Assembly (NCBI GenBank): GCA_963721805.1
Contig: CAVRJY010000002.1
Coordinates: 192,001-256,000 of the forward strand
DNA length: 64,000 nucleotides
Direction of reading: 5' to 3'
From: Nitrospirota bacterium
GTDB taxonomy: Bacteria; Nitrospirota; Thermodesulfovibrionia; Thermodesulfovibrionales; JdFR-86
Both the position numbers and the translations under genes were made by a program. Shown here one piece after another: positions 62,472 through 64,000 of the stretch. The notes below the pieces were generated by a model. The model saw only the letters and a list, made by a program, of their open reading frames with translations, was not told the DNA's origin and ran no database searches. Positions within the stretch are counted from its first letter, which is position 1. The number at the start of each line of letters is the position of its first letter.

Positions 62472-62918
62472 CTACTGCTCCGCAACCACCTCTACGGGGA
62501 GGCTGGCAGTGACCTCGTGGCCGAGCTTGACCTCGACGCTGTAGCTCCCGAGGCGCTTGATCGGGTCCGCGATCACGATTTTCTTGCGGTCGATCTCGAT
62601 GCCGAGTTCCTTAAGCTTGCCGGCGATGTCCATGCTCGTGACAGAGCCGAAGAGCTTGTCCTCTTCGCCGGCCTTGGCGCTTATCGTGACCTTGAGCGTA
62701 GCCAGGCGCTCGGCCACGGTGGCGGCTGCGGCCTTGAGCTTCTTTGAGCGGTCCTGGATGACGCGGCGCTCGTGCTCGACCGCGCGCATGTTCTTGGTAT
62801 CGGCCTGCACCGCGAGCTTCTTGGGGAACAGGAAGTTCCTCGCGTAGCCGTCAGCCACGGTCACTATGTCGCCCATCTTGCCGAGGCTCTCGATATCGTC
62901 ACGCAATATAACCTTCAT
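62472..62918 (-). CDS. rplI: 50S ribosomal protein L9
   Basis: MKVIL, GYARNFLFP and KLFGSVT motifs. Confidence 0.97.
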   Translation of the reverse strand: MKVILRDDIESLGKMGDIVTVADGYARNFLFPKKLAVQADTKNMRAVEHERRVIQDRSKKLKAAAATVAERLATLKVTISAKAGEEDKLFGSVTSMDIAGKLKELGIEIDRKKIVIADPIKRLGSYSVEVKLGHEVTASLPVEVVAEQ

Positions 62919-63107
62919 CGTTTTGTGTCTCCTTCTTAAAGAATATTACCGGTCCTGAGGAATGTATAGTATATTATCCCGAACTGCATATAATCAACCC
63001 CGCAGGGCTGCGGCCCGGCGGATGGCGTTGGCAATCTATGTCGGCTTCGGCCGCTTCCCCCCGGAAAACCTTGCTTTTTCCGCGTCCTGAGGGGTATGTT
63101 AGTAACC

Positions 63108-64000
63108 ATGGAGCAACTGAACCTTGAGCTTGGCCATGAATTCCGGGCTCTAAGCGCCGACGAGCACCGCAGGCTGCTTCTGAGGGACATCGAGCACAAG
63201 GCGCTGTCCACGCTCAAACTCGGGTTCAAGGGCAAGGTCCTCGACGTGCTCGACGATCCGAACTCCACCTCGACCGATATCGAGGCCCTGAAGACCCAGA
63301 TCGACCGCGAGGTCCTCGGGCGGCTGTTCGATATGTCCAACTCGCTCTATTTCGGCAATCTCAGGGTCGGGGAGACCGCGTCGTTTCTGGATATCGTGAT
63401 GCGCCTCGGCATGAAGCAGACGAGGACGCTCATACTCGCTCTCTCGCTGTTTTCGGTGACCAAGGACCGGGAACTGAGGGTATACGCCGCGCGGGCCTTC
63501 GCCACGCTGATGCTGGCCCGGATGTTCGCGACAGAGGCCGGGTACCGCAAAGACGTGCAGGAGAGGCTGGAGCTCGGGGGCCTGATGTTCGAGATCGGCA
63601 AGGTCGTGATGTTCGTATACAAGAAGTACCACGCCCGGTTCCACCTGAAGGACGAGTTCATAGACGCACACCACCACGAGATCGGCGTCAAGGTGATCGA
63701 GAAGTTCAACATGCCCGGGTTCCTGAAGGGGATAATCTCGGAGCGCCGCCTTGCGTTCGACGAGGAATCCTACGGGGTCGCGGGCATCGTTTATCTGATG
63801 AACTGCGCCGTGGACGACACGTTCAAACGATACGGGAAGTTCGTGGTCTCGGCCCCGCCCTCCGGGGTCGAGAAGCTCGGCCCGGCAGGCTGCGCCGCGA
63901 TACTTCGCGAGCAGTTTGCGGCGCTCGGCATCGGGGACCTGATCGAGGTGCTCGAACCGGGCAGGCGCCCCAGGTCCAGCACAGTTGATACGCGCAGCGC
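63108..64000 (+). CDS. HDOD domain protein (3'-partial)
   Basis: Open frame from ATG 63108 to the window end: SNSLYFG, IVMRLG, GLMFEIGK and HHEIG. Confidence 0.8.
   Translation, partial: MEQLNLELGHEFRALSADEHRRLLLRDIEHKALSTLKLGFKGKVLDVLDDPNSTSTDIEALKTQIDREVLGRLFDMSNSLYFGNLRVGETASFLDIVMRLGMKQTRTLILALSLFSVTKDRELRVYAARAFATLMLARMFATEAGYRKDVQERLELGGLMFEIGKVVMFVYKKYHARFHLKDEFIDAHHHEIGVKVIEKFNMPGFLKGIISERRLAFDEESYGVAGIVYLMNCAVDDTFKRYGKFVVSAPPSGVEKLGPAGCAAILREQFAALGIGDLIEVLEPGRRPRSSTVDTRS

Overview
GC-rich bacterial chromosome segment. Gene content (Ehr complex, MvhAGD-HdrA, PilZ/HDOD proteins, heme chemoreceptor) suggests an anaerobe of the Nitrospirota/Desulfobacterota type; this is inference. Housekeeping blocks: ruvCAB, hup, gmhA, nadK-udg-HIT-recN, thiSGEC with a TPP riboswitch, aroCKB, trpBA-accD and rplI-dnaB. 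Energy and accessory blocks: a hyfBCEFGI-type membrane complex whose large subunit lacks the NiFe ligands (Ehr type), a group 3c mvhG-mvhA-protease-hdrA-mvhD-tusA operon without hdrBC, two chemoreceptors and a CusCBA-type efflux system. No rRNA, tRNA, CRISPR array or intact transposase was seen. Most notable observations: (1) an AT-rich island with a stand-alone Zn-ribbon SIR2 gene beside an origin-like repeat remnant; (2) an unannotated leader with terminator and antiterminator in front of a Tam-like methyltransferase; (3) two translationally coupled mini-ORFs bridging hdrA and mvhD; (4) two families of structured, covarying repeats placed right after stop codons; (5) a TPP riboswitch with altered ligand-contact motifs; (6) many apparently leaderless genes. 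Single-base frameshifts in hyfG and dnaB are probably sequencing errors.
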